Assembly: GCA_965250285.1 (NCBI GenBank)
Contig: OZ252299.1
Coordinates: 1,728,001 to 1,792,000 of the forward strand
Reading direction: 5' to 3'
Source: Myxococcota bacterium
GTDB taxonomy: Bacteria; Myxococcota_A; UBA9160; UBA4427
Length of the DNA: 64,000 nucleotides
The stretch's first letter is position 1. Each line of letters starts with the position of its first letter. Shown piece by piece: positions 49,462 through 59,176 of this stretch. The translations under genes were made by a program, and so were the position numbers. Below the pieces are notes generated by a model. The model searched no databases and was not told the DNA's origin. It was given only the letters and a program-made list of their open reading frames with translations.

Positions 49462-50151
49462 ATGATCAAGCCGCTGTGCGCCGAGTTCATGGGGACGTTC
49501 TGGCTCGTGCTCGGGGGGTGCGGTGCCGCCGTGCTCGCCGCTGGCTTTCCGGGTTTCGGGATCGGCTTCATGGGTGTGGCCTTCGCGTTCGGGCTCACGC
49601 TCTTGACGATGGCCTTCGCCATCGGTCACCTCTCGGGCTGCCACCTGAACCCGGCCGTCACGATCGGCCTGTACGCGGGAGGCCGATTCGAGGCCGGCCG
49701 CGTCGCGCCCTACATCGGCGTGCAGGTGCTCGCCGCGATCGTCGCCGCCGCCGTGCTCTACGTCATCGCGAGCGGCGCGCCGGGGTTCGAACTCGGCGGG
49801 TTCGCATCGAACGGGTACGGCGAGCACTCGCCGGGCGGCTATTCGCTTACGTCAGCGCTGGTGACCGAGGTCGTGATGACGTTCATGTTCCTGATGATCA
49901 TCCTCGGTTCGACCGACGAGCGCGCGCCGGCGGGGCTGGCCCCCATTGCGATCGGCCTCGGCCTCACCCTGATTCATCTGATCAGCATTCCCGTCACGAA
50001 TACCTCGGTGAACCCGGCCCGCAGCACCGGCCCGGCGCTCTTCGTGGGTGGCTGGGCACTCGCGCAGCTGTGGCTATTCTGGGTGGCGCCGATCGTCGGC
50101 GGTGCCGTGGCCGGCTTCGCGTACAAGTCCCTCTTCGCCGACGACACCTGA
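49462..50151 (+). CDS. aqpZ: Aquaporin Z
   Basis: SGCHLNPAV and [13 protein letters not shown] motifs; [13 protein letters not shown]. Confidence 0.96.
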   Translation: MIKPLCAEFMGTFWLVLGGCGAAVLAAGFPGFGIGFMGVAFAFGLTLLTMAFAIGHLSGCHLNPAVTIGLYAGGRFEAGRVAPYIGVQVLAAIVAAAVLYVIASGAPGFELGGFASNGYGEHSPGGYSLTSALVTEVVMTFMFLMIILGSTDERAPAGLAPIAIGLGLTLIHLISIPVTNTSVNPARSTGPALFVGGWALAQLWLFWVAPIVGGAVAGFAYKSLFADDT

Positions 50152-50190
50152 CTCCGCGGCCCGCGTGCCCGGGCACTCGGGGATCTTCAG

Positions 50191-51222
50191 ATGCATGCAT
50201 CGCGGCTTGCGCCGCTCGACTGCGCGGCGCTCGCCGAGGCCGCCCAGCACGAGATCGACGACGGCCTCGTCGCCTGCCAGCTCGCGGTCGCGCGCGAAGG
50301 CGAAATCGTCTGGCACGGCAGCTACGGCAGCGCGACGCCGACGACGCGCTTCTGGGTCGCGTCGGCGACGAAGCCCATCGTGGCGTCGGCGCTGTGGATC
50401 CTGATCGACGAAGGCCTGATCGAGCTCGACGAACCCGTCGCGCGCTCGATCCCCGAGTTCGCCGAGAACGGCAAGCGCGACGTCACCGTCGAGCAGGTGC
50501 TGCTCATGACGGCGGGCTTTCCCGAGGCGCCGATGCCCTCGGCCGAGGGGGCCGACCCCGTCCGTCGGGCTGCGCGGATGGCGGCTTGGCGCCTCGAGAC
50601 CGAGCCGGGCGAGGCGTACGCCTATCACGCGATCTCGGCCCACTGGGTGATCGCCGAGCTGATCGAGCGGGCGAGCGGCATCGACTTTCGCGACTTCATC
50701 GAGACCCGCGTGACGGGGCCCCTCGGCCTCGGGCGTGTACTCGGCGTGCCGCGCGACGATCAGGGCGATGTGGCGCAAACCTCCCGATCGGCGCCGCCCG
50801 ATGTCCGCGACGCCTTCAGCTACGCCGAGAAGATCGAGGTCGGCGAGCCGGGAGGCGGCGCGATCATGACCGCATCGCAGCTCGCGCTGTTCTATCAGGC
50901 GCTGCTGCACGACCCCGCCGGCCTCTGGGACCCGGCGTTTCTCGAAGACGCCACGCGACGCGTGCGCTGCACCCTCCCCGACCCGCTCATGAAGATGCCC
51001 GCGAACCGCACGCTCGGCGTGGTCGTCGGGGCCGGCTTCGGCACGACGTGGGGCGATAGTGAAACGGCCTTCGGCTGGCCGGGCGTCGGTGGTCAGATCG
51101 CCTTCGCCGAGCCCGAGACGGGCGTTTCGTTCTCGTTTCTGCAGATGGGTGAGACGGATGCGATTCGCACGTTCACGCGCGGCTTGAAGTTCTCTCGCCT
51201 CGCGCTCGCCCTGGGGCGCTGA
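50191..51222 (+). CDS. Serine hydrolase (beta-lactamase/esterase family)
   Basis: SATK (SxxK), AYAYH, PGGG, FGWPG.GG. Confidence 0.88.
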   Translation: MHASRLAPLDCAALAEAAQHEIDDGLVACQLAVAREGEIVWHGSYGSATPTTRFWVASATKPIVASALWILIDEGLIELDEPVARSIPEFAENGKRDVTVEQVLLMTAGFPEAPMPSAEGADPVRRAARMAAWRLETEPGEAYAYHAISAHWVIAELIERASGIDFRDFIETRVTGPLGLGRVLGVPRDDQGDVAQTSRSAPPDVRDAFSYAEKIEVGEPGGGAIMTASQLALFYQALLHDPAGLWDPAFLEDATRRVRCTLPDPLMKMPANRTLGVVVGAGFGTTWGDSETAFGWPGVGGQIAFAEPETGVSFSFLQMGETDAIRTFTRGLKFSRLALALGR

Positions 51223-51354
51223 GGCCTGAGCGTCCTCGCCGGGGATGCGCCGTGTCACCCCCGAAAGCGCTCCGGAACCCGCGCTGGGGCGAAACCCTGA
51301 TCCAGCGCGTCTTTGATTCCCAGAATGACAGACCTTTGCCGCTTCAGGGGATTT

Positions 51355-51370
51355 TGTGACATCTCTCACA
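51355..51370. promoter_or_regulatory. CRP/FNR-family binding site
   Basis: Perfect TGTGA-N6-TCACA (TGTGACATCTCTCACA) in an AT-richer intergenic patch. Confidence 0.65.
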
Positions 51371-51479
51371 GTCGGGCGACGGCAGCCACGGCAACCTGCC
51401 TGCCATGGGGCACGGGCCCCGCGCGGCTGATCGGGGCCCGAGTCAGGCACAGCACCGTGCCGGGTGAGAGGAGACATCG

Positions 51480-51716
51480 ATGCGCTCGACGACCGTCGTA
51501 CGGAATGCATCGGTCCCTGTGGTGACCGATCGAGCGGCGACCCGAGGTTGGGAGTTCGAACATGCGCCGGCCGCGATGCCGGTGCGCGATCGAACGAAGC
51601 AGCGCGATGACCTGCGAAGCGCGCGCGGGATCTTCGTCGCGGTGGCGGCAGGCACCGGGATCTGGATCGCGCTCGGTTGGGGTGCGCTGGCGCTGGCCGA
51701 CCGAATCTTCGGCTGA
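51480..51716 (+). CDS. Small hypothetical protein with C-terminal transmembrane helix
   Basis: GAGGAG RBS; C-terminal GIFVAVAAGTGIWIALGWGALAL. Confidence 0.6.
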   Translation: MRSTTVVRNASVPVVTDRAATRGWEFEHAPAAMPVRDRTKQRDDLRSARGIFVAVAAGTGIWIALGWGALALADRIFG

Positions 51717-51888
51717 TCGACCCACCCCCACCCACCCCGAAGCGCACGAAGCCCCTCGCGTTGAGCGCGGCTGCGCTCTCCTACGCATTTCGATCCGAAC
51801 TCGAATCGAACTCGAACGTGCTCTTGCTGCCCGAATCACGTTGGGCCAGGCCGCTTGGCTGCGTTGAGAGTCGTGGGCGCGACGACGA

Positions 51889-52167
51889 TCAGTCGTCGTC
51901 GTCCCCACCGTCGTCGTCGCCCCCGGAGACCCAGCCCGGCGCCTGTGTCCCCGCCCAGAACGGGGTGGTGACGACCATGGCCGGGAACGAGATGAGCGCG
52001 GCGAAGGGCACCTCCCACCACGGCCGCTGCGGCAGCTCACGCACCCAGAGCCCCCAGAAATCGTCTGCCTGCGCGACGCCCGGCGTCGCCCATACGAGCG
52101 AGAGGGCCATACACGCGACGGCGAATGTGCGGCGTAGACGGGAAGCCTGGCGGCGGGGCGCGAACAT
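51889..52167 (-). CDS. Small hypothetical exported/membrane protein
   Basis: AGGAG RBS; signal peptide ending AQA; hydrophobic segment; acidic tail. Confidence 0.6.
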   Translation of the reverse strand: MFAPRRQASRLRRTFAVACMALSLVWATPGVAQADDFWGLWVRELPQRPWWEVPFAALISFPAMVVTTPFWAGTQAPGWVSGGDDDGGDDDD

Positions 52168-52349
52168 GGATGCTCCTGCTGGATCGATGACCCGGTGATT
52201 TCACTCTACACCGTCGGCGCTTCCGCGGGGAGATGCATTTCGAGCGCGAGCCCGCGGCGGATCCGCGGTCGATCGGGTCGGCGCGCCTCGGCCTCCGCTG
52301 CGCGTCGACCCGGACCGGCCCCGCGCGACCCAGCGCAGGCTCGCCGGTC

Positions 52350-52394
52350 AAAAAAAAGGCCGGCGCGGACGAGTCGGGCTTTCGCACGGCCGGC
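52350..52394 (-). terminator. Intrinsic terminator-like hairpin with U8 tail on the minus strand
   Basis: Minus strand GCCGGC...GCCGGC-C-TTTTTTTT. Confidence 0.5.
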
Positions 52395-52588
52395 GGGGCT
52401 CTGCACGCCTGTTTGCCGGCCGGTGACCGCCCAATGGACTGCGCGGCCGGCGGCCGATGTGCGATATCCCCCACGCCCCGGCCACTCCCTATCGGGCGCC
52501 CCCGCCTCATCTTGCGGGTGTGCCCGGCCCGTCCTCGCCACCCCCGCGGCGGCGCGCCCACTCGCACCGCAGCCACGGAGCTCGATCC

Positions 52589-53095
52589 ATGACGTTCCCC
52601 CATCGCTTCACCCTTTCGCTGATCGCCTTGCTCGCCTTCGTCTCGCCGGCGTGGGCCGACGATGCGCCGCCGCTGCAGCTCGGCAGCGAACATCTGGGCA
52701 TGACCTCAGAGGGGCTCGCCGACGTCGAGCGCCACGCCGAGACCGACCACGTCGTCGATCAAGCCATCGAGAAGTCGGAGTGGACGGACGAGGATCTCGC
52801 TGAAGAGGGCTTCATCGCCGACGATCGCGCCTGCGAATGCCCGGCCCCCCCGACGGCCGAAGCCACGCCCGCCGCCGCACCGATGACCGTGCAGGCGGAC
52901 GGCGTGACCGACTACAACTCGTGCGTCGAGGTCGCGATTCGGTCGGGCAATGGCTTCAAGCCGTCGTCGGCGGTCTGCCAGGCGCTCTTCCCTGATCCGC
53001 CCGAAGCCGCGGCCGCGGGCGATGCGGCGCCGGGCGCGGCACAGACGGCGACGGCGCGCACGCCAGGCGTGTCGGCCTCGCGCACGACCTACTAG
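52589..53095 (+). CDS. Secreted hypothetical protein (acidic, 4 Cys)
   Basis: GGAG RBS; signal peptide ending AWA-DD. Confidence 0.65.
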   Translation: MTFPHRFTLSLIALLAFVSPAWADDAPPLQLGSEHLGMTSEGLADVERHAETDHVVDQAIEKSEWTDEDLAEEGFIADDRACECPAPPTAEATPAAAPMTVQADGVTDYNSCVEVAIRSGNGFKPSSAVCQALFPDPPEAAAAGDAAPGAAQTATARTPGVSASRTTY

Positions 53096-53192
53096 CCCCA
53101 CCGCCGACGCTGTCCCGATCTCGGCGGCTGGAGATCGGGGCGATCCAGCCTCGCTCGCGGCGGTGCCCCGAGCGCCCTGCTAGAACTCGGGC

Positions 53193-54071
53193 ATGGCCAT
53201 GTCCGCATCCAGATCCTGGGGCGCGATCGCGCTCATCCTCGTCATCGGCGCCGCCATCGCGTGGGCTGGGAGTCAATCGGGCCGGACGTTCGCGGGGCTC
53301 CCGATCTTTGCCCTCTGCGGCGCGTTCGCGTTCGTGCTCAACTGGCTGGTCTTCATCCCCTCGAACGCGATGCAGACCGAGCACTACTTCGATCTGACCG
53401 GCAGCCTCACGTACCTCTCGGTGGTGCTGCTCGCGCTCGGATTGGGGGGCGCCAGCGATCCCCGCGCCTGGCTCGTCGGCACGATGGTCGCTCTCTGGGC
53501 GGCCCGGCTCGGCACGTTCCTGTTCATTCGCGTCAAGAAGGACGGCTCGGACACGCGCTTCGACGACATCAAGCCCGACTTCCCGCGCTTCTTGATGACC
53601 TGGACGCTGCAGGGTCTGTGGGTCTTTCTGACGATCGCGTGCGGCCTGGCCGCGATGACGACCGCAGCGCCTCGGCCGCTCGGCTTCGTCGCGTTCGTCG
53701 GCTTCGCGCTCTGGGCGGTGGGCTTCAGCGTCGAGGTTCTCGCCGACGCGCAGAAGCGCGCGTTCCGCCGCGATCCGGCCAACGCCGGGCGCTTCATCAC
53801 GACTGGGCTCTGGGCCTGGTCGCGTCACCCGAACTACTTCGGCGAGATCTTGCTGTGGGTGGGCGTCGCCGTGACCGCGCTGCCGGTGCTGCAGGGCTGG
53901 CAGTTCGTCACGCTGATTTCGCCTGTCTTCGTCTATCTGCTGCTCACCCGCATCAGCGGTGTGCCGATGCTCGAGTCGGCCGGCAAGAAGCGGTGGGGCG
54001 ACGATGCCGAGTACCAGGCCTACAAGGCCCGCACGCCCGTGCTCTGGCCGCGGCCGCCTCGCGCGGGCTGA
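53193..54071 (+). CDS. DUF1295 family membrane protein (steroid 5-alpha-reductase-like)
   Basis: YFDLTGS, WAARLG, DTRF, GLWAWSRHPNYFGE, SGVPMLE. Confidence 0.9.
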   Translation: MAMSASRSWGAIALILVIGAAIAWAGSQSGRTFAGLPIFALCGAFAFVLNWLVFIPSNAMQTEHYFDLTGSLTYLSVVLLALGLGGASDPRAWLVGTMVALWAARLGTFLFIRVKKDGSDTRFDDIKPDFPRFLMTWTLQGLWVFLTIACGLAAMTTAAPRPLGFVAFVGFALWAVGFSVEVLADAQKRAFRRDPANAGRFITTGLWAWSRHPNYFGEILLWVGVAVTALPVLQGWQFVTLISPVFVYLLLTRISGVPMLESAGKKRWGDDAEYQAYKARTPVLWPRPPRAG

Positions 54072-54128
54072 ACGGCCGAGATCGGTCGCCGAAGCCCCAG
54101 CGACGAGCGGCGAGGGTTTCGAGCTCGA

Positions 54129-54986
54129 TCAGACGATCTTCGCGCCGAGATCCACTGGCATCAGCGCGTCGCCGACCACCTCGCGGCCGTCGAGACTGCG
54201 CACCGCGCGCCCGACTGCGTTCAGCAGCGGCCGACTCGTCGTGACCTGCGAGACGTGCGATCCGGTGACGAGTTCGATGGCCGCTTCGACCATGACCTCC
54301 ATGGGCTCGGCCATGTCGGGCCGACGCTCGGCGATGTGCCCGACGAAGCGCGCCGTCTCCTGCGTGAGCACGATCGCCACGGGCGCGAGCGCGTTGACGT
54401 AGACGCCGTCACCCGCCACCTCGAGCGCGAGCCCGTTGGTGTAGCGGTCGAGAGCGGCCTTGCTCGCGCCGTACGCGACGATCGCGTGGGCCGCCTCGGG
54501 CGTGTCGGGGAACGGCACCGTCGCGTGCCGCGCCGAGTCGCTCGTGATGTTCAGGATCCAGCCGCGCCCGCGAGCCCGCATGCCGGGCAGCACCTGCTGG
54601 CACAGGTCGACCGGAGCGTTGTAGTTGACCTCGAGCATCTTGCGTCGATCTGCGAGGGACGATCCCGAAGGCATGTCCCAACGCGCCATGGCCGCGTTGT
54701 TCACCAGTACGTCGATCGGGCCGAAATGCGCCTCGGCGCGGGCGACGAGGTCGGCGCGCGCCGCCTCGTCGACGAGATTCGCGACCTCGGTCGCCGCCTG
54801 GCCGCCCGCCTTCTGGATCATCTCGGCGGCGTCCTCGAGCGTGCCGTCGAGGTCGCCGTGGGTCCCGAGTCGGGATGCGGACAGCACGACTGAGGCGCCC
54901 TCGGCCGCCAGCCGCTGCGCGATGGCCCGGCCGATGCCTCGACTCGCTCCCGTCACCAGCGCGACGCGCCCATCACACTCACCCAT
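54129..54986 (-). CDS. Short-chain dehydrogenase/reductase
   Basis: VTGASRGIG, LVNNA, YGASK; GGAGG RBS. Confidence 0.9.
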   Translation of the reverse strand: MGECDGRVALVTGASRGIGRAIAQRLAAEGASVVLSASRLGTHGDLDGTLEDAAEMIQKAGGQAATEVANLVDEAARADLVARAEAHFGPIDVLVNNAAMARWDMPSGSSLADRRKMLEVNYNAPVDLCQQVLPGMRARGRGWILNITSDSARHATVPFPDTPEAAHAIVAYGASKAALDRYTNGLALEVAGDGVYVNALAPVAIVLTQETARFVGHIAERRPDMAEPMEVMVEAAIELVTGSHVSQVTTSRPLLNAVGRAVRSLDGREVVGDALMPVDLGAKIV

Positions 54987-55058
54987 CGATCGATCCTCCG
55001 CTGATCGAACCGACCGTAGCCCGAATGCAGACGCGTGCGACCGCCCTACACTCGTCAC

Positions 55059-55796
55059 GTGTTCTCCCTCGTCGGCGTGACCAAACGCTATGGCGACCTC
55101 GTCGCGCTGCACCCCCTCGACCTCGACGTGCCCGTCGGGCGCACGCTCGCGCTGATCGGTGAGAGCGGCAGCGGCAAGTCGACGCTCCTCCGGCTGATGA
55201 TCGGGCTCGAGCGCCCCGACGCCGGCGAAGTGCGCTTCGATGGCCGCCGGGTCGAGCCGCCCGACTTCCAGGCGTTGCGCCCCCACGTCGGGTACGTGAT
55301 TCAGGAAGGCGGCCTCTTCCCGCACCTCACCGCACGCCGGAACGCATCGATCCTCGCGAGCCATCTCGGCTGGGACAGCGCGCGCTGCGAAGATCGACTG
55401 CGCGCGCTCTGTGAGCTCACCCGGCTGTCGCCCGACCTGCTCGATCGCTATCCGAGCGAGCTCTCGGGGGGGCAGCGACAGCGCGTCGCGTTGATGCGTG
55501 CGCTGGTGCTCGACCCCGACGTCGTTCTGCTCGACGAGCCGCTCGGTGCACTCGACCCGATCATCCGCTTCGAGCTGCAGGACGAGCTCGCAGAGATCTT
55601 CGAGCGTCTCGGCAAGAGCGTCGTGCTGGTCACCCACGATCTGGCCGAAGCGGCCTATCTCGGCCACGAGCTCGTGCTGCTTCACGAAGGCCGCATCGTG
55701 CAGCGCGGGGGCCTGAGCGACCTGGTCGAGCGGCCCGCGAACGACTACGCCGCGCGCTTCGTTGCCGCGCGGCGTGCAGTGCCGGGGCTCCGATGA
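55059..55796 (+). CDS. Osmoprotectant ABC transporter ATP-binding protein
   Basis: GESGSGKS, GYVIQEGGLFPH, LSGGQRQR, LLDEPLGALDP. Confidence 0.92.
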   Translation: MFSLVGVTKRYGDLVALHPLDLDVPVGRTLALIGESGSGKSTLLRLMIGLERPDAGEVRFDGRRVEPPDFQALRPHVGYVIQEGGLFPHLTARRNASILASHLGWDSARCEDRLRALCELTRLSPDLLDRYPSELSGGQRQRVALMRALVLDPDVVLLDEPLGALDPIIRFELQDELAEIFERLGKSVVLVTHDLAEAAYLGHELVLLHEGRIVQRGGLSDLVERPANDYAARFVAARRAVPGLR

Positions 55797-57289
55797 AGCG
55801 CGGGCAACGACTCCGACTGCTCGCCTGCGTGCTGGGGCTGCTCTCGTCGGGCCTCGGCCTGGCGGCCGCGCGGGCCGAGGCGCCGCCGGCGATCGCCTCG
55901 AAGACCTTCACCGAGTCGGTGATCCTCGCCGAGCTCCTGCGCGTCGCCGCTGCCGAGCAAGGGCTGGATGTCACGCATCGTGACCAGCTGGGCGGCTCTC
56001 GCATCTGCTTCGAGGCGCTCCAGCGGGGCGACATCGTCGCCTATCCCGAGTACACGGGGACGCTCATCTACGAGCTGCTCGGGTACGATGCAGCCGCCCC
56101 GCCTTCGCACGAGACCCTCGAAGCCGACCTTGCTGACCGCGGTCTGGTGCTGGCGCCGCCGATCGGGTTCGACAACACCTACGCGATCGGCGTGCGCCGC
56201 GCGCTCGCCGAACGTCTGGGACTCGAACGCATCTCTGATCTCGCTGCGCACCCCGAGCTGCGCTGGGGTGTTTCGAACGAGTTCCTCGAGCGGGGCGACG
56301 GCTATCCCGGCCTCGCGCGTCGCTATGGCCTGGCGCCCGAGTGGATCCGCGGCATGGAGCACGATCTCGCCTATCGCGCGCTGGTCGACGATGCGATCCA
56401 GGTGATCGACCTCTACAGCACCGATGCCGACATCGAGTACTACGACCTCGTCGCGCTCGAGGACGACCGCGACTACTTCCCGAGCTATGAGGCCGTGTGG
56501 CTGCGCCGCGCCGATCTCGAGACTCAGGACCCGCAGCTGGTCGACGTGATCGAGTCGTTCTCGGGACGCATCGATGCGCCGGCGATGATCGGAATGAACG
56601 CGCGGGCCAAGATCGATGGGCTGAGCGAAGAAGCGGTCGCGCGCGAGTTTCTCGGGGTCGCCCCCGCCGAGCAGCAGGCGGGAGCGATCCAGCGGATCGC
56701 CCAGCGCACCGTCGAGCATCTGACGCTGGTTGCGATCTCGCTCGGCGCGGCCATTCTGGTCGCGCTGCCGCTCGGCATTCAGGCCGCGCGCTCCCCGCGT
56801 ATGGGCCAGGTCGTGCTCGCGACGACGGGCGTTCTGCAGACGATGCCGTCCCTCGCGCTCTTCGTGCTGCTCATTCCGATCTTCGGCATCGGCGCCGCGC
56901 CCGCGATCGCCGCGCTGTTCCTCTACAGCCTGTTGCCGATCGTGCGCAACACCCACGCCGGGCTGGTCGACATCCCGCGGCCGCTGCGCGAGAGCGCCAT
57001 CGCGATGGGGCTGCCCGAAGGGGCGCGGCTGCGGCTGATCGAGCTCCCGCTCGCACGCCGCTCGATTCTCGCCGGGATCAAGACCGCCGCCGTGATCAAT
57101 GTGGGCACGGCGACGCTCGGCGCATTGATCGGCGCGGGCGGCTACGGCCAGCCGATCCTCACCGGCATTCGGCGCGACGACTTCGGGCTCATTCTCGAAG
57201 GTGCCGTGCCGGCGGCTGTGCTCGCCCTGCTCGTCCAGGCGTTCTTCGATGCGATCGAGCGAGCGTTTACGCCGCGGGGCATGCGGTAG
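55793..57289 (+). CDS. Glycine betaine/choline ABC transporter, fused substrate-binding and permease protein
   Basis: SKTFTES, YPEYTGT, NTY, FPSY; QTMPSLAL, ESAIAMG (EAA loop), GAGGYG. Confidence 0.92.
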   Translation: MKRGQRLRLLACVLGLLSSGLGLAAARAEAPPAIASKTFTESVILAELLRVAAAEQGLDVTHRDQLGGSRICFEALQRGDIVAYPEYTGTLIYELLGYDAAAPPSHETLEADLADRGLVLAPPIGFDNTYAIGVRRALAERLGLERISDLAAHPELRWGVSNEFLERGDGYPGLARRYGLAPEWIRGMEHDLAYRALVDDAIQVIDLYSTDADIEYYDLVALEDDRDYFPSYEAVWLRRADLETQDPQLVDVIESFSGRIDAPAMIGMNARAKIDGLSEEAVAREFLGVAPAEQQAGAIQRIAQRTVEHLTLVAISLGAAILVALPLGIQAARSPRMGQVVLATTGVLQTMPSLALFVLLIPIFGIGAAPAIAALFLYSLLPIVRNTHAGLVDIPRPLRESAIAMGLPEGARLRLIELPLARRSILAGIKTAAVINVGTATLGALIGAGGYGQPILTGIRRDDFGLILEGAVPAAVLALLVQAFFDAIERAFTPRGMR

Positions 57290-57335
57290 ACTGCGCCGCC
57301 GGGGCGCCGCCCCATGTTCACGAGGAGGAACCGCC

Positions 57336-58022
57336 ATGGAGAAGCTGGTCTACGTCCTGCAGAACCCCGAAGGTGCAGACGGCACGGCCTTGCGCGAACG
57401 GCTCGTGGGCGACGTCGCCGCGTCAATCCGCAAGGCCGGCGGAAGCCAGATCGCGGTGAACGTGCACGACGAGCACGTAACCCATGGCGCCGGCGTTGCG
57501 ATCCACAACTGCGCCCCTCCCGTCAACGCCTGCGTGTCTTTCTGGATGCAGAGCGCCGACGATCGCGGCCTCGCCGAGGAGGCGATCGCGGCCTCGGGCG
57601 AACACGTGCACGGCTACCTCGTGGTCGAGTCGCGCCCGCTCGTCCACAGCCCGCCGATCGGGGAGCGCGCGCCCGGCGCCAACCTCGTCACGTGCATCAC
57701 GCGCAAGGCGGGGCTCGACGACGAGACGTTCTTCGATCTCTGGAACAATGAGCACCGGCAGGTGGCTTGCGAGACGCAATCGACGACCGCCTATGTGCGC
57801 AACGCCATTGCGCGCCCGATCACCCCGGGCGCCCTGGCCTTCGACGGCATCGTCGAAGAGACGTTCCCGATCGAAGCCCTGACGGATCCGCACGTCTGGT
57901 ACGACTGCGACGACGCCGAGGAATATCAGGCGCGGCTGCAGCGCATGGTCGCGAGCGTGACGGCGTTTCTCGATCTCTCCGTGATCGAGTCGGTCCCGAT
58001 GTCCGAGTACTACCTGGGCTGA
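57336..58022 (+). CDS. EthD domain-containing protein
   Basis: GAGGAGG RBS; RKAGL...F...W...H, YVRN, FDGIVEE. Confidence 0.75.
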   Translation: MEKLVYVLQNPEGADGTALRERLVGDVAASIRKAGGSQIAVNVHDEHVTHGAGVAIHNCAPPVNACVSFWMQSADDRGLAEEAIAASGEHVHGYLVVESRPLVHSPPIGERAPGANLVTCITRKAGLDDETFFDLWNNEHRQVACETQSTTAYVRNAIARPITPGALAFDGIVEETFPIEALTDPHVWYDCDDAEEYQARLQRMVASVTAFLDLSVIESVPMSEYYLG

Positions 58023-58058
58023 TCGCGGGCCGAACCCACTCTCGAGCTGGCTCGTGAG

Positions 58059-58964
58059 CTAGAGCTTGCTGGCCAGATAGTCGAGCGTGCGCGCGTCGGC
58101 GCCATCTTCGGTGGCCATGATCGAGGCGTCGAAGTCGGTGACACCGGCGTCGACCAGGCGTTGAATGCCCTCGTCGAGGGCCTTTTCGTCCCCGACGATC
58201 GCGACATCGGCGGGGCCCCCCGCCCCCTCCTTGTCGAGCATGGCCCGATACGAGGGCAGCTGGCCGTACATCACGAGCATCTTCCCGATCTTTTCGCGCG
58301 CGGCATCCGGATCGTTCGTGAGCACGATGGGCAGACCACAGACGATGCGCGGGTCGGGGCGACCCGCCCGCTTCGCGGCGTCTCGCAGCTTCGGCCCGAT
58401 ATGCGACGCGACGGTCTCGGGGCCGGTCATCCACAGAATCGTGCCCGCGGTCTGGGAGCCCGCCAGCTCGAGCATGCGGTCGCCGAGTGCGGCGAGCACG
58501 ATCGGCACCTCGGGCACCCCCTTGAACTCGAGTGCGCCGTTCACGCGATACTGCTCGCCCTCGAAGGCCACCGGCTCGCCGCGCAGGAGCGGGCCGAGCA
58601 CGGCGAGGTATTCGCGCATGTGGCGCGCCGGCTTGTCGTACGAGAGGCCCATCATGTTCTCGATCACGATCTTGTGCGAGAGCCCCAGGCCGAGCACGAA
58701 GCGCCCGTCCGATGCCGCTTGCGCCGTCATGCACTGCTGGCCGATCGCCATCGGGTGCCGCGGGTAGCTCGGCACGACGGCGGTCCCGAGCTCGATGCGC
58801 TCGGTCTCGCGCCCGACGAGCGCCAGCGTCGTGATCGCGTCGAGGCCGAAGATGTTGGCCATCCACATCGAGTGAAAGCCACGTGCCTCGAGATCCTGGG
58901 CGCGGTTCACGAGATCGTCGATGCCGCCGTCGGGTCCGGCTCCGAACATGATGCCGATTCGCAT
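58059..58964 (-). CDS. LLM class (probably F420-dependent) oxidoreductase
   Basis: IELGTAVVP.YPRHP, GRFVLGLGLSH, AALG.RML, LPSYRAMLD. Confidence 0.88.
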   Translation of the reverse strand: MRIGIMFGAGPDGGIDDLVNRAQDLEARGFHSMWMANIFGLDAITTLALVGRETERIELGTAVVPSYPRHPMAIGQQCMTAQAASDGRFVLGLGLSHKIVIENMMGLSYDKPARHMREYLAVLGPLLRGEPVAFEGEQYRVNGALEFKGVPEVPIVLAALGDRMLELAGSQTAGTILWMTGPETVASHIGPKLRDAAKRAGRPDPRIVCGLPIVLTNDPDAAREKIGKMLVMYGQLPSYRAMLDKEGAGGPADVAIVGDEKALDEGIQRLVDAGVTDFDASIMATEDGADARTLDYLASKL

Positions 58965-59176
58965 GGGTGTGCTCCTGAGCGCATGAAGATGAGAGTTCGG
59001 GTCGGGGCGTGAGTGTGTCACTGCCCGTCTGGGTCGTCGACCCGCCCGCATCGGCCGCCGCTGCGGGCGGGCTGCCGGTGGGCTGCCGGTGGTCGGGGAT
59101 CTACGTCACCCAATCGGGGGTTTTCGCCACTCACGTTCACCGCGAAGCCCGACCCATGGCAGACGCAGGAGTTTCG

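Noticed and set aside
52395..52425. GGCAAAC on the minus strand as a c-di-GMP-I riboswitch
   Set aside because: No GNRA-capped P2 stem or GACGCAAAG junction in the right spacing
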